64,000 bases of DNA from Candidatus Eremiobacteria bacterium (GCA_963758295.1 CAVWUU010000004.1:960001-1024000), one strand, 5' to 3'; counted from the first letter of the stretch, positions 1 to 10,561 are shown. The notes: generated from the letters alone by a model not told the origin. Program-made: numbers and translations.

Positions 1-1877
1 GAGAAGTACGCACGCCCGTCGCGTACAAGCGGATGCTGCAAATACGCGGTCATGATGTCGACACGTCCCTGCGGGAAGTTGATGTCCTGATGCAGGTTGG
101 TAGCGCCGACCTGCGTGTCGTCGAGATAATCGGTCGAAACCTTATGGGAAATACGGATGCCCAGATCCGACGACCCGACGGCCGTGTGGCCGCCGATTTC
201 GTATAGCGAATCACGCTGCGGCTTCAGGTCGAACACGGCCCCCGGACTGCTGCCGCTCACGTAGAGCGATGCGGCTGTTGCCGGCGAGACGTTCTCAAAG
301 GAGAACGGAACGAAAAGCCGCCCGTAGTAGGCGTAGACGCTGGCTTTCTTTCCGAGGGTGCGCGTCAACTTGATACGCGGGCTAAACTGCGAGAAGCCGC
401 TCTTAAAATCGGTCGAGCCCACCTGGAATGCGTCCATGCGCAGGCCGTAGTCGAGAAGATAATTGCCCATCGTCCAAGAGTCTTGCAGATACAGCTCCTG
501 CTGGTGCGCGACGTTGGGCGACGTGTCGGTCGCGGTGAACGTGCCGCCGCTCGGATTAAGCGCGTTATCCGGTTGAAGCGTGATGACGTAGTCTTTGTCG
601 ACGACGGACGCGTCCATAGATCGCTCCGGCACGCACTTCGTGTTTCGATGAACGCAACGCGTAGTCTGTCGTCCAGCGATAGTCATGCGACGTACGGTTG
701 GCGAAAACCGAATAGTAGTTGCAGTCACTGAAGTCCGTGCAGACTCGTGCCCGCCGCGGGAGCAAGGTCGTTTCCGGGATCGTTGGTGTCGAGCAATTCG
801 AGCGGCGAAACGACGGACCAAAGGACAGCGCCCCGTGATCGCCGATCGAGTGACGGTACTGCAGCGAAACGAACGTATCGTTCTGATATTCGTTGTCGTC
901 GGTTGCGAGCGGCGCGGAGTGCGAAGTATCGATCGGAATCTGATAGGTCTGCAGCGTGTGCATGACGTCGAGATTGACTAGATCCGCACCGTGCATCGGC
1001 AAGCTGTAGCGCAAGAATTGGCTTGCGTCGCTGGCGTCGTCGTGCATCGCATCGATCACGGGCGGATCGATACCGCGGGCGTTGCGCCCGAACGACGTTG
1101 AAAGGCTTAAGGCACCGCGTCCGGACGGCGCATGATAGCTGAAGGTTCCGTCCGACGTATCGAAGGAGCCGCCTTCGGCGGAGAATTGATAGCCGGCCGC
1201 ACCGCTGTACGCGCGGGTTCCGATATTCAGGACGGCGGCAAATTTGTCGCCGTACTGCGCGGGATACGCGCCTTCGAGCGCGTCAAGGTAGCCGATATTC
1301 GCCGGATCGATTTCATTGCCGATCCACGGTTCAAGCTCGCCGGCATCTGCACGCCGTCGATGTAGTAATTGAGACCGTTGTGATCGCCGTTGATGTGCAC
1401 TTGGCCGTTCGAGCCGGCTGCTGCCGACGGCAGCTGCGCGAGAATTGAGGGCATGTACTGTCCCGTCGGCAGATGCGCAAGCTGTCCGGAATCGATCGCG
1501 ACGTCGGTCCCCGAGCGCTTGGAAACGGGGTTCGTAACGGTGACGGTGTGGCCGATGGTCTTCAGCGGCGTCAATGCAAGCGTAACGGTCTCGCCGGACG
1601 ACGTAAGCGAGACGGGCTCGCTGATCTTCTCATCGCCCTTCACGACCGTAAGCTGGTATCGTCCGGCGTCCAGAGTCGGGAACGCGAAGTGCCCCGCGTT
1701 GTCCGTTTTGGTGGACAGCGTGAGGTTTTCGCCCGCGGCTTGCACGACCGCGCCCGAAACGGGGTGGCCCGTGTCGTCGAAGACGATGCCGTTCAAAAAG
1801 ATCGGCGTTTGCGCCGGTGCGCTGAGCGGCGCAAGCGCTAAAAAGGCCCCAAGAAACAGGGCAGAAATCCGTGACAT
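1..1877 (-). CDS. TonB-dependent receptor-like outer-membrane protein with N-terminal carboxypeptidase-regulatory-like domain; frameshifted, runs off the window start
   Basis: Signal peptide MSRISALFLGAFLALAPLSAPA, then GIVFDDTGHPVSGAVV..TDNAGHFAF..GRYQL (CarboxypepD_reg-like) and a plug-like segment GQVHINGDHNGLNYYIDGV. It continues in other frames (LEGAYPAQYGDKFAAVLNI; ORF 565..1059; QFSPRIKL near 350-390). Confidence 0.75.
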
Positions 1878-1935
1878 GATTCTCCTAGCAAAGGTAGACG
1901 AAAAGACGCCTGTGACGGCGCGGCCGGTTGACTAC

Positions 1936-2494
1936 CTAGCGGAGAGGTGGAGGGCGGTTGCCCCGGACCGGAACGTACGCGAAGTACGGCCCGGCAAGGC
2001 ACGCGGGGCGCGGAAGCGCAACGCGGCGTGCCGTGAACACGCGAGATTCGAAGCGGGCGAGAGTGGTGTGGTGCAGCCGCTCGCGTACGAACGCAAGCAA
2101 TGCCGAGGTGATAAGACTCGCAATCGCCACCGCGACGAGTGCCACCAGCGCGTTCGCTGCGTCGAGAGAACCTTCTCCGAAAAGCGTCACGCCCGCAAAT
2201 CCGAACTGGACGGCTGCGCTTACCCCGAAGAAGCGAAGGCCTTGGCCTTCGAAGGGCAGATCGTTGGCTAGCAACCCGCCGAGCCGCCGGAGCTCACAGC
2301 GGCCGGTCGCGAGGATGATGCCGCTAACGGCGAGGCAAAGCACCGCAATAACGCCCAAGTAGGCATGCAGCGGCGAAGCGGCTACGGAGAGCATGCTTTG
2401 GTGCAGCGCCAGCGCCTCGGCCGCGATGTGCGACACGATAGCGAGCGGTAAGGTGCAGGCCGGCATACAGCCCGGCAGCTCTAACCCTGGTCAC
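1936..2494 (-). CDS. Multi-TM membrane protein ending in ...RGNRPPPLR (candidate RAPP-like arrest/leader protein)
   Basis: ORF 1936..2466 has about 4 hydrophobic segments and stops 58 nt upstream of the TBDT start. The probable true start is GTG at ~2494, with a 1-nt indel near 2460. Confidence 0.6.
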
Positions 2495-2495
2495 G

Positions 2496-2516
2496 ATTTG
2501 CGATTGATTCTCAAAT
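2496..2516. promoter_or_regulatory. Fur-family-like 7-1-7 inverted repeat
   Basis: ATTTGCGATTGATTCTCAAAT is an imperfect palindrome (core TGCGATT-g-ATTCTCA) directly upstream of the uORF-TBDT unit. Confidence 0.5.
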
Positions 2517-2588
2517 ATTTGTCTTTCGTCCTGGCGGCCGGACAGGACTCCCCGTTTTGCCAGGCGGAATAGGGGCCACTCGTCAGCC

Positions 2589-3621
2589 ATGCATGAACTC
2601 TCACGCAGTACAACCGTCATAACAGGGGGCGCGGGCCTAATTGGCAGCGCCCTGATTTGGTTTTTGAACCAGCGCGGATACGAAGACATTATCGTCGTCG
2701 ACCGCTTAGATAATTCTGAGAAATGGAAGCATCTGGTTCCATTACGCTTCTCGGAATACGTCGATGCCGATGATTTCGCCGATCTGACAGCCGACCATCC
2801 GGACGCATTCGGCGACATTTCCGCGGTGTATCACCTTGGCGCTTGCTCTTCAACGACGGAGACGAACGCCGATTACCTTATGCGCAACAACTACGAGTAC
2901 ACCAAGCAGTTGGCGCACTGGGCATTGGAAAAAGACGCGCGTTTCGTTTATGCCTCTTCTGCCGCGACGTACGGCGCGCTGGAAAGCGGCCTCTCCGATA
3001 CGGCGGATCTGCGTTCGCTCCGCCCGCTGAACATGTATGCCTATTCGAAGCATCTTTTCGATCTGTACGCGCAGCGCACCGGACTCGGCGGCAGCATGGT
3101 CGGCTTAAAATACTTCAACGTTTTCGGCCCGAACGAAGACCATAAAGGCGACATGCGCAGCATCGTGCTCAAGGCGTTCGAGCAGATTCGCGATACGGGA
3201 TCCGTTCGGCTCTTCAAGAGCTATCGCCCGCGAATTCCGGCACGGCGAACAAGCGCCGCGACTTCATCTACGTCAAAGACGCCGTCGCGATGACCGTTGA
3301 CGTCGCGGAATCCGGTCTTACCGGCCTGGTCAATATCGGCTCCGGTGAGGCGCGCACTTGGCTCGATCTCGTGCGGCCGATCTTCGCTGCGTTAAACGTT
3401 CCCGAAAGCATCGAGTTCATCGAAATGCCGGAACAGCTTCGCAGCAAATACCAATATTCGACTTGCGCGCGACATGAAAAAGTTCCGCGCCACGGGCTAC
3501 ATGCGCGCGATGACGCCGCTCAGCGCCGCTGTGTCCGATTACGTTCGCAATTATCTTCGTGCCGGGACGCGTGCTCGATCCGTCCGATACGAGCGATCTC
3601 ATCTCACTCACCATTTCGTAG
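2589..3621 (+). CDS. hldD: ADP-L-glycero-D-manno-heptose-6-epimerase (frameshifted ~3235, ~3470, ~3557)
   Basis: Motifs ITGGAGLIGS, HLGACSSTTE, YASSAATYG, PLNMYAYSK and YFNVFGPNEDHKGDM. RDFIYVKD and KYQYST follow in shifted frames. Confidence 0.9.
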
Positions 3622-3628
3622 GGGACCG

Positions 3629-4383
3629 ATGCCAGACTCGAATTCGCGCGCCCGCCGCCGCCAGACGACTCGCGGTGGTCAAACGCCGCCGCCTCAACGG
3701 CGCGATCCGATGACTACCGTGTACATCTCGGTCGCCGTTATTCTCGTGTTGTTGATCGGCGGTCTTGCCTTTGCGCGTTGGCAACAAAACCGCGCGGTGG
3801 ACGCCGCACTCGCAACGCCGTCTCCGGCACCGATTGCGTCGGGCGAAAAGACGCCGGCACCCGTCCAGCTGGCGGACGGCAGCGCACTCGGCGCCGCATG
3901 ATCTTTAAGTCGTCGAACCAGGGCGCGAATACGGCTCAGGGCGGTCATGGACAGGCGGTCGACGGTATCACGTGCGCAGGCATGGAGTATATGACGCTGC
4001 ACGTGCATTCGCACTTGGCGATTTTCAACAACGGCAAACAGGTTCAAGTTCCGAAACTCGTCGGCGGAACGCCGACGTCGGGCGGCGGATGTCTCTACTG
4101 GCTGCACACGCACGACGCGAGCGGCATCATTCACATCGAAGCGCCGCAGCTGGCGCCCCCGGGACAGAGCGGCTTCACGCTTGGGAAATTTTTCGACATC
4201 TGGGGCGAGCCGCTGACCGCCGATAACGTCGGAGGCATCAAAGGCCCGGTTACGGCCTACGTCAACGGAGTGAAGTACGACGGCGACTTGAAGGCCATTC
4301 CGCTCAGAGCACATCAGCAAATCGTGCTCGAAGTCGGCAAAGTGGTACCGCCGCCGAACTACACGTTTCCGCCGAACGATTAG
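3629..4383 (+). CDS. Membrane-anchored His-rich hypothetical protein (frameshift ~3895)
   Basis: ATG at 3629 (MPDSNSRARR), a TM segment, then the frame of ORF 3778..4383 with HVHSHL and CLYWLHTHDASGIIHIE (putative metal site). Confidence 0.65.
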
Positions 4384-4955
4384 CCTTTCAAGACCTTATC
4401 GATCTCGCGCTGCAATTCGCCGAACGAGATCTCACCGGAATTCAGATAAGAAACTTTCTTGTCTTTTCCGATCACAGCGATCGTCGGGAAGCCGCCCTGC
4501 AGATACAGGTTCGCAATCGAGAGCGTCGGATCGTAAGCGGCGATCGGATACTGGACGTGAAGCTTGTCCTTGAACGTAAGGACGTCGAGTTGCGAAGACG
4601 GTGACGTGCCGTCCATGCCGGTGTCGCTCCCGGGGATCGCGATGAAGTCGACGCGCGACTTGTACGCGCCGTAAAGCTTGTCGATGACGGCCGTTTCGCG
4701 TTGGCAATGCGGACACCACGTCGCAAAGACTTCCAAGAAGACCGGCTTGTTCGCCGTCGCAAGATCGAACAAGCCGTTCGTCGTTGCGGCGCGAAACTCG
4801 GGAGCCGGCCGGCCCATTTGGGCCGTTCCTACCGTCGGTGCTTGCGAGGCGTTCTGCAGTTGGTGCGACGGATGCAATTTCGTGTAAAGCACCCCGCCGA
4901 TAACAAGAATCGCGACGACGACGATCGAGATGGTGGCGAGCAGGCGTTGATTCAT
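4380..4955 (-). CDS. TlpA-family thiol-disulfide reductase, membrane anchored
   Basis: N-terminal TM, FATWCPHCQRE and GFPT motifs. Confidence 0.85.
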   Translation of the reverse strand: MNQRLLATISIVVVAILVIGGVLYTKLHPSHQLQNASQAPTVGTAQMGRPAPEFRAATTNGLFDLATANKPVFLEVFATWCPHCQRETAVIDKLYGAYKSRVDFIAIPGSDTGMDGTSPSSQLDVLTFKDKLHVQYPIAAYDPTLSIANLYLQGGFPTIAVIGKDKKVSYLNSGEISFGELQREIDKVLKG

Positions 4956-5398
4956 TTCCTAACGAGTCTCCGGTCCAAGGCAAGCACTCCAGGTGCTCCG
5001 TAAGCAATGATGGCTGCGATTGCAGCGAGGATCAGATCGAAAGCGACGTGCGGCCAGTCCGCGGTTGCGGCGTCGGCCGGTCCAAAACATCCGCAGTTCG
5101 CCGGGATATGTCGAACGACCGCCGAGGCGATGGCTGCGGCATATAAAACAAACTGCGCCGCCGCCACCGCGCCGGCGACGCGCGTGAAGAGGCCGGCAAC
5201 GAGATAGAGACCGAGCAACACTTCAAAGTATGGCAGCACCAAGGCGAGCGGCGCGGTGATCGCTGCCGGCAGAAGGCGAAAGCCGGCAATAGCCGCGGCG
5301 AGATCGGCTGCGTGTCCGATTTTCAGCGCCCCGGCAACGATCAACACCGCGCCTAAGAGCACGCGGAGGATCAGCACGGCGATCGATAGGGTCGGCAT
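4952..5398 (-). CDS. MauE/DoxX-family redox-associated membrane protein
   Basis: LRVLLGAVLIVAGALKI, LPYFE and CGCFG motifs; 4-nt overlap with the TlpA gene. Confidence 0.85.
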   Translation of the reverse strand: MPTLSIAVLILRVLLGAVLIVAGALKIGHAADLAAAIAGFRLLPAAITAPLALVLPYFEVLLGLYLVAGLFTRVAGAVAAAQFVLYAAAIASAVVRHIPANCGCFGPADAATADWPHVAFDLILAAIAAIIAYGAPGVLALDRRLVRK

Positions 5399-5464
5399 GT
5401 CAGCACGCTGCTTGCCAGGATGGCAACGATTTACCTGCGAGTGCCACAGGTGAGCGCCCAGAAA

Positions 5465-5479
5465 TGAAAATGGTTTTCA
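5465..5479. promoter_or_regulatory. Zur/Fur-like operator palindrome
   Basis: TGAAAA-TGG-TTTTCA in the divergent mauE/NRAMP intergenic region. Confidence 0.55.
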
Positions 5480-5509
5480 CGGATATTTCTCGGAGGGCCA
5501 AAGAGCCGA

Positions 5510-5525
5510 GTTAGGCTAACCTAAC
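5510..5525. promoter_or_regulatory. DtxR/MntR/IdeR-like operator palindrome
   Basis: GTTAGG-CTAA-CCTAAC, ending 5 nt before the NRAMP ATG; resembles the DtxR consensus TTAGGTTAGCCTAACCTAA. Confidence 0.6.
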
Positions 5526-5530
5526 AACAC

Positions 5531-6811
5531 ATGGCCGCCGCAGAATCGCCCGCCGCTCCCGCCGCCCGCCGAACCGACTGGCGGCGCTGGCTTTTGCGGT
5601 TCCTGGCCGTCGCGGGGCCCGGTCTCGTCGTGGCCTTTGCCGACACGGAAGCCGGAAGCATCACGACTGCGGCAACCTCGGGAGCGCAGTACGGCTACAA
5701 ACTGATTCTGCTGCAATTGCTCCTGATCGTACCGCTATTTGTAGTGCAAGAAATGACGGTTCGATTAGGCGTCGTTACGGGCAAAGGCCACGCGCGCCTC
5801 ATTCGCGAGCACTACGGCATCGGCTGGACGTGGGTGTCGCTCGGGACGATGCTCGTTACAAATATTGCGGCGCTCGTCACCGAATTCGCCGGTATCGCCG
5901 GCGCAGCGATGATTTTTGGTCTGAATCCCGCACCGATCGTCATCGTTGCGGCGGTGCTGTTGATCGGCGTAATCTTTACCGCTTCGTACAAACGCGCGGA
6001 AACGTTTGCACTTGCGCTGTGCTTAGTGGAACTGCTGTTTATTCCGGCGGCTTTTGCGGCGCATCCGCCCGTGCACGAAGTCGTAATGAAAGGGTTGTTC
6101 GGAAGCCAGCCGCTCACCGATTACAACTACTTGCTGCTGATCGCTTCAAACATCGGCGCGGTTATTATGCCGTGGATGATCTTCTATCAGCAGAGCGCGA
6201 CCGTCGATAAGGGACTGCGCTTGAACGATTTGAATTTCGCGCGCGTCGACACGGCGCTCGGTGCGGTCTTCACGCAAGCGATCATGTGCGCCGTCGTAAT
6301 TACGACCGCCGCGACGCTCTTCGTCCGGCACATCCCGGTAAGCGACGCAGCGCATGCGGCCATTGCGCTCGAACCCCTCGTCGGACACCTGGCCGGCGTT
6401 ACGTTCGGCGTTGCGCTGATCGGCGCGTCGATGCTCGGCGCGTTCGTCGTCTCCCTCGCAACCGCGTGGGCATTCGGCGAAGCGTTCGGCTGGCGTTGTT
6501 CGCTCAACGACGGATTGCGCGCAAAACGGTTCACGGGACTGTTCGTGGCGTGCGTCGTCGTAGCGGCCGGCGTAGTGCTTATTCCGAATTTGCCGCTCGT
6601 GAAGATCACGGTCTACGTCGAGGCGTTCAACGGCTTCGTCCTCCCGATTGTGCTCGGTTTCTTGCTAGTGCTCGTCAACGACAAACGCGTCATCGGCGAG
6701 CGGCACAACCGCCCGCTGGGGAACGCGATCACCTTTGCGCTTTCCGGTCTGTGCATCGCGCTCGGCGTGTGGATGGCGTTCATGACGATTATCCACCCGG
6801 GCGGCAGCTAA
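5531..6811 (+). CDS. NRAMP-family divalent metal cation transporter
   Basis: About 11 TM segments; GPGLVVAFADTEAGS, SGAQYGY, VQEMTVRLGVVTGKG and GAVIMPWMIFYQQS motifs. Confidence 0.85.
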   Translation: MAAAESPAAPAARRTDWRRWLLRFLAVAGPGLVVAFADTEAGSITTAATSGAQYGYKLILLQLLLIVPLFVVQEMTVRLGVVTGKGHARLIREHYGIGWTWVSLGTMLVTNIAALVTEFAGIAGAAMIFGLNPAPIVIVAAVLLIGVIFTASYKRAETFALALCLVELLFIPAAFAAHPPVHEVVMKGLFGSQPLTDYNYLLLIASNIGAVIMPWMIFYQQSATVDKGLRLNDLNFARVDTALGAVFTQAIMCAVVITTAATLFVRHIPVSDAAHAAIALEPLVGHLAGVTFGVALIGASMLGAFVVSLATAWAFGEAFGWRCSLNDGLRAKRFTGLFVACVVVAAGVVLIPNLPLVKITVYVEAFNGFVLPIVLGFLLVLVNDKRVIGERHNRPLGNAITFALSGLCIALGVWMAFMTIIHPGGS

Positions 6812-6848
6812 GTCATAGCCCGGCGCCCGCTATGGGCGTAAGCTACGC

Positions 6849-7445
6849 ATGATGAACCGCGTCGGAACGCTCGTGCTTGCATCGCTGCTCGGCCTTACCG
6901 GCTGTGCCGGCATGGGGCGCGCCGATGCGCGTTTCCAAGGGACATCCCTTCACGCCGGTCCCGCACCGGCGATTACGCTGACCGATGACCTGGGTCAATC
7001 CTGGTCGCTTGCGGACCAGCACGGAACGACTGTCGCGGTCTTCTTCGGCTACACCCACTGCCCGGACACGTGTCCGCTCACGCTTGCGAAGTTAACGCGC
7101 GCGGTAGCGCAACAGGGCGCTAACTCCGCCAACGTCGAGATCGCGTTTGTCACTGTCGATCCGGAACGCGATACGCCGGCGGTGATGCACCGATACATCG
7201 CGCACTACTCCGGCGCGCATATCGTCGGCCTTACGGGAACGCGATCACAAGTCGAGCAAGTGGAACGCGCGTATCACGTGTGGGCGCAACGAATTCCCGG
7301 CAAGCACGCCGGTATCGACGATTATGACGACGCCCACAGTTCCGTCGTTTACTTGATCGATCGCGACGGCAATCAACGCGTGATGCACGACGACGACGAT
7401 TCACTGCAGGCGTTTACCGCCGACATCCGCACGCTCGCCCGATGA
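6849..7445 (+). CDS. SCO1/SenC copper chaperone lipoprotein
   Basis: Lipobox LTGC, FGYTHCPDTCP, VTVDPERDT and a distal His (DAHSS). Confidence 0.9.
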   Translation: MMNRVGTLVLASLLGLTGCAGMGRADARFQGTSLHAGPAPAITLTDDLGQSWSLADQHGTTVAVFFGYTHCPDTCPLTLAKLTRAVAQQGANSANVEIAFVTVDPERDTPAVMHRYIAHYSGAHIVGLTGTRSQVEQVERAYHVWAQRIPGKHAGIDDYDDAHSSVVYLIDRDGNQRVMHDDDDSLQAFTADIRTLAR

Positions 7446-8391
7446 TCTTCGCGCTCGCTTTTGTCGCCGGCCTCATTCCCTTTCATGGGACGGTTTTGGC
7501 TGCGCCGAGCCCGCAAACGGCAATCGTTCGAAACGACGCAATTCCCGAAACGCTTCCGAGCACCACGCGCAATTACCGCATCGAACCCCAGGCGACGTTC
7601 GTTCCGGGCACCGGCATCGACGGATTCCTCGATAAGTCGACGACGCCGTGGACACTTCGCGACGCCGTCGCGGCGGCGCCGTTCTCTCCAGGCGCCCCGC
7701 AGCCTGACCGCGTCATTCCGGTAGACATCGGAAAGCCCTTACCGAGTGCCAAACTGGTCGACCAAAACGGAACGCGTTGTCGATCTTGCGAAGGCGTACG
7801 CCGGCAAGACGGTGCTCGTGACGTTCATCTTTACGCGCTGCCCCGACCGCACGTTGTGTCCCGCGATCAGCGGCAAATACGCCTACATGCAGTCGCATTT
7901 GGACCCGGCGCGGTTCGCATTGGTCGAGATCACGCTCGACCCGCCGTACGATTCGCCGGCCGTCCTGCGTGAATACGGGGCCGGTTACGGGGCCGATCCC
8001 AAGATTTGGCATCTGCTTACCGGGACCGGCTCGACGATCCAGCACATCCTGAACCAGTTCGGGATCGACTCGCTGCGCATCAGCTCGGCGAATTTCATCC
8101 AAAACGACAAGCCTCTTTATCGTCCAGCCGAACGGCAAGGTGGCCTATATCGCCGAGACGGGCGGCTGGGATCCCGACGGCGCGATCGCCGAGGCGCGCG
8201 CGATTTCAGGCATGTCGAGTAACCCGTTCGAGCGGCTTAAGCTCTCCCTCGTGGCGGGCGTGGTGGCCTTATGCGGCGGTTGTCAGTTTGCCGGCATCGT
8301 GCTTCTCGAAGTGTGCTTCTTCTTCGTTATCCTGGCGTTTGTTACGGCCGGGCTCTGGGTTGTCGGCCGCGTGCTCTGGAAGAATCAATAG
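7442..8391 (+). CDS. SCO-family fusion protein with an N-terminal CusF-like segment and C-terminal TM helices (frameshifts ~7772, ~8115)
   Basis: Joins ORFs 7442.., 7746.. and 8140..8391; FIFTRCPDRTLCP, ITLDPPYDSP and WHLLTG motifs. Confidence 0.7.
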
Positions 8392-8454
8392 AGCTTTCGA
8401 GCAGGCGCTGAGGAGGCCGGGGGCCTTCTTCGCGGGTAAGAGGCCTTCGAATCC

Positions 8455-9021
8455 ATGGCAGCACCGCGAAAGCCTTTCGAACCGCCCTCCCCGGAGCAAC
8501 GGGCGTTCCTCGAACGTGCGATCGAGCAGTACGGCAAGGCGACCTATAACTTTGCCCTGCGGCTCACGCACAACGAGGCCGACGCTCGCGACCTGACTCA
8601 GGACGCGTTTATCCGGGTGTATCGCGCCTGGCGCAGTTTCCAGCCCGGCACATCGTTTCTCTCGTGGATCTACCGAATCGTCACGAATTTGCATCGAGAT
8701 GAACTTCGGAGGCGAAAAGGACGTTATCAAGAGGAGATCCCTGAGGATAATGCGCCCCAAGATTTCGGAGGAGAGCGCCCGCTTGCTGTTACGCCCATCG
8801 AGGAAATGGTCGAATCACAGTTTAGTGAGGCGGTGTCAAAAGCGCTTGAAGCACTTTCTCCGGATCAACGGCAAGTTGTAGTTCTCGCGGATATCGAGGA
8901 GTACAGCTACCAAGAGATAGCAGAGATCGTAGGCTGCTCCATCGGAACCGTTCGTTCTCGTCTCCATCGGGCGAGACACCAACTTCGAAAACTCGTTGAA
9001 CACTACTCGGCAAAATCATGA
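8455..9021 (+). CDS. ECF RNA polymerase sigma factor (RpoE/SigH-like)
   Basis: DARDLTQDAFIRVYRA, FLSWIYRI and YSYQEIAEIVGCSIGTVRSRLHRAR motifs. Confidence 0.92.
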   Translation: MAAPRKPFEPPSPEQRAFLERAIEQYGKATYNFALRLTHNEADARDLTQDAFIRVYRAWRSFQPGTSFLSWIYRIVTNLHRDELRRRKGRYQEEIPEDNAPQDFGGERPLAVTPIEEMVESQFSEAVSKALEALSPDQRQVVVLADIEEYSYQEIAEIVGCSIGTVRSRLHRARHQLRKLVEHYSAKS

Positions 9022-9545
9022 AACAAGAACAACATCCTAGCACCGAAAAATTAATCGATTACATCCACCGCGAACTCTCGCCGGAAGACGATGCCGCAAT
9101 TCTGATGCACGTCGAGTCGTGCGATGAATGCCGCGCGCGCTATCAACTCGAAGCACGCCTGTCGGAGTCGCTTCGGGTACACGCGCGCGAAACCGAACGC
9201 GAGCTGCCGCAGGGTGTAGTCAACGGTATTTGGGCCGCGATTGAATCGCCGCCCCAGCCCTCTCTCGCCGATCGCTTGCGCGCGCTCTTCCGGCCGGCGG
9301 TCGCCGTGCCCGTTACTGCGGTGGCGGCGTTGGCCATCTACTTCGGCGTTACGGCCACGCACCACGCCGGTTCCACGACGATGATCGACGCGGCGTACTA
9401 CCTGGACGATCACGCGGCGTTGACCAGCACCGTTCCCTTCGGTGAAGGCAACGCGGTGCCCACGCAGCTAGAAAGCGATCAAACGAACAGCGATGTCGTC
9501 GCAGTCAGCAACACCACCGTCATGACGGCGGACGTTGCGCGCTAA
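9018..9545 (+). CDS. Zinc-finger (zf-HC2) anti-sigma factor
   Basis: HVESCDEC (HxxxCxxC) plus a TM segment; overlaps the sigma stop codon. Confidence 0.88.
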   Translation: MKQEQHPSTEKLIDYIHRELSPEDDAAILMHVESCDECRARYQLEARLSESLRVHARETERELPQGVVNGIWAAIESPPQPSLADRLRALFRPAVAVPVTAVAALAIYFGVTATHHAGSTTMIDAAYYLDDHAALTSTVPFGEGNAVPTQLESDQTNSDVVAVSNTTVMTADVAR

Positions 9546-10560
9546 GATCGCGCTGGCGGCGCTCGCAGCGATTTTCCTAGCGGCGCCGCATGCCGGCGCC
9601 GCGCCGGCGTCGCAGCCGGCCGAAGGGTTGTTGCGGGATGCGATGGGTGCACCGCAGCAGCTTTCATACGTCGGCGAAGTCCAGACGCTGCGTTTCGGCG
9701 CGCAGAAATCCGAAGCGGCAATCTACCGCATCGAACACAAGGCGCCCGATCTTACGCGCCGCTGGTATCTCGCACCCCAGGATCTTTACGGCGATTCCAT
9801 CATCTCGCGCGGCGATACGTCCTATTCCATCGACGTCAAACGCGATCACGTGGTCGTTACGCAAGACGATCCGATCGACGATCAAGTGGCCGAAGACGAT
9901 AACTTCGCGCTGCTGAACGCGAACTACAACGCCCTCTACGGGCCCGACGAAACATCCAACGGACGCGCGGTGAAGGTCGTGCTTCTGAATAATAAGCACA
10001 CCGGTCAGACGACCATGCGCGTGCGCATCGATGCAGCGAGCAAGCTGGTTCTCGAGCGTGAAACGTACGGCGCGAACGGCTCGCTGCTTGCACAGACGCG
10101 CTTCGAACAGCTTCGGTATACGAACGACATTCCGGCCGCGGTCTTCGACGTGCCGGCAACGCTTCCAAGAATTCAGGGCCCCAGCCGCGGCATACCGTCC
10201 AACAATCTTCAGGAACTGCTGAAAACCGCCGGCTTTTCGGCGCACGGTCCGAAGTATCTGCCGCTCGGTTTTACGCCGGTCGAAGGCGACGTTGCCGACG
10301 TAAAAGGTATTCGGACGTTACACCTGCTGTATTCCGACGGCATTCGCACCGTTTCGCTTTTTCAAAATGCGAAAGGCGCGGCGGTCGACATGTCGCGATA
10401 TCGCGTCAGCCAAGTCCATTTCGAGAATAAAGACGGCCAGTACGTTCAAGAAGGGCCGACAACGCTCTTGGCTTGGTCGGAACAGGGATTGCATTTCGCA
10501 CTGGTCGGCGATCTGGATTTGAACGAACTGCAGCGCATTGCTGCGTCGGTGGTTCCGTAA
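9535..10560 (+). CDS. MucB/RseB-like periplasmic sigma-E regulatory protein
   Basis: Signal peptide; YLPLGF and HLLYSDGIRTVSLF motifs; third gene of the ECF operon. Confidence 0.8.
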   Translation: MRAKIALAALAAIFLAAPHAGAAPASQPAEGLLRDAMGAPQQLSYVGEVQTLRFGAQKSEAAIYRIEHKAPDLTRRWYLAPQDLYGDSIISRGDTSYSIDVKRDHVVVTQDDPIDDQVAEDDNFALLNANYNALYGPDETSNGRAVKVVLLNNKHTGQTTMRVRIDAASKLVLERETYGANGSLLAQTRFEQLRYTNDIPAAVFDVPATLPRIQGPSRGIPSNNLQELLKTAGFSAHGPKYLPLGFTPVEGDVADVKGIRTLHLLYSDGIRTVSLFQNAKGAAVDMSRYRVSQVHFENKDGQYVQEGPTTLLAWSEQGLHFALVGDLDLNELQRIAASVVP

Positions 10561-10561
10561 C

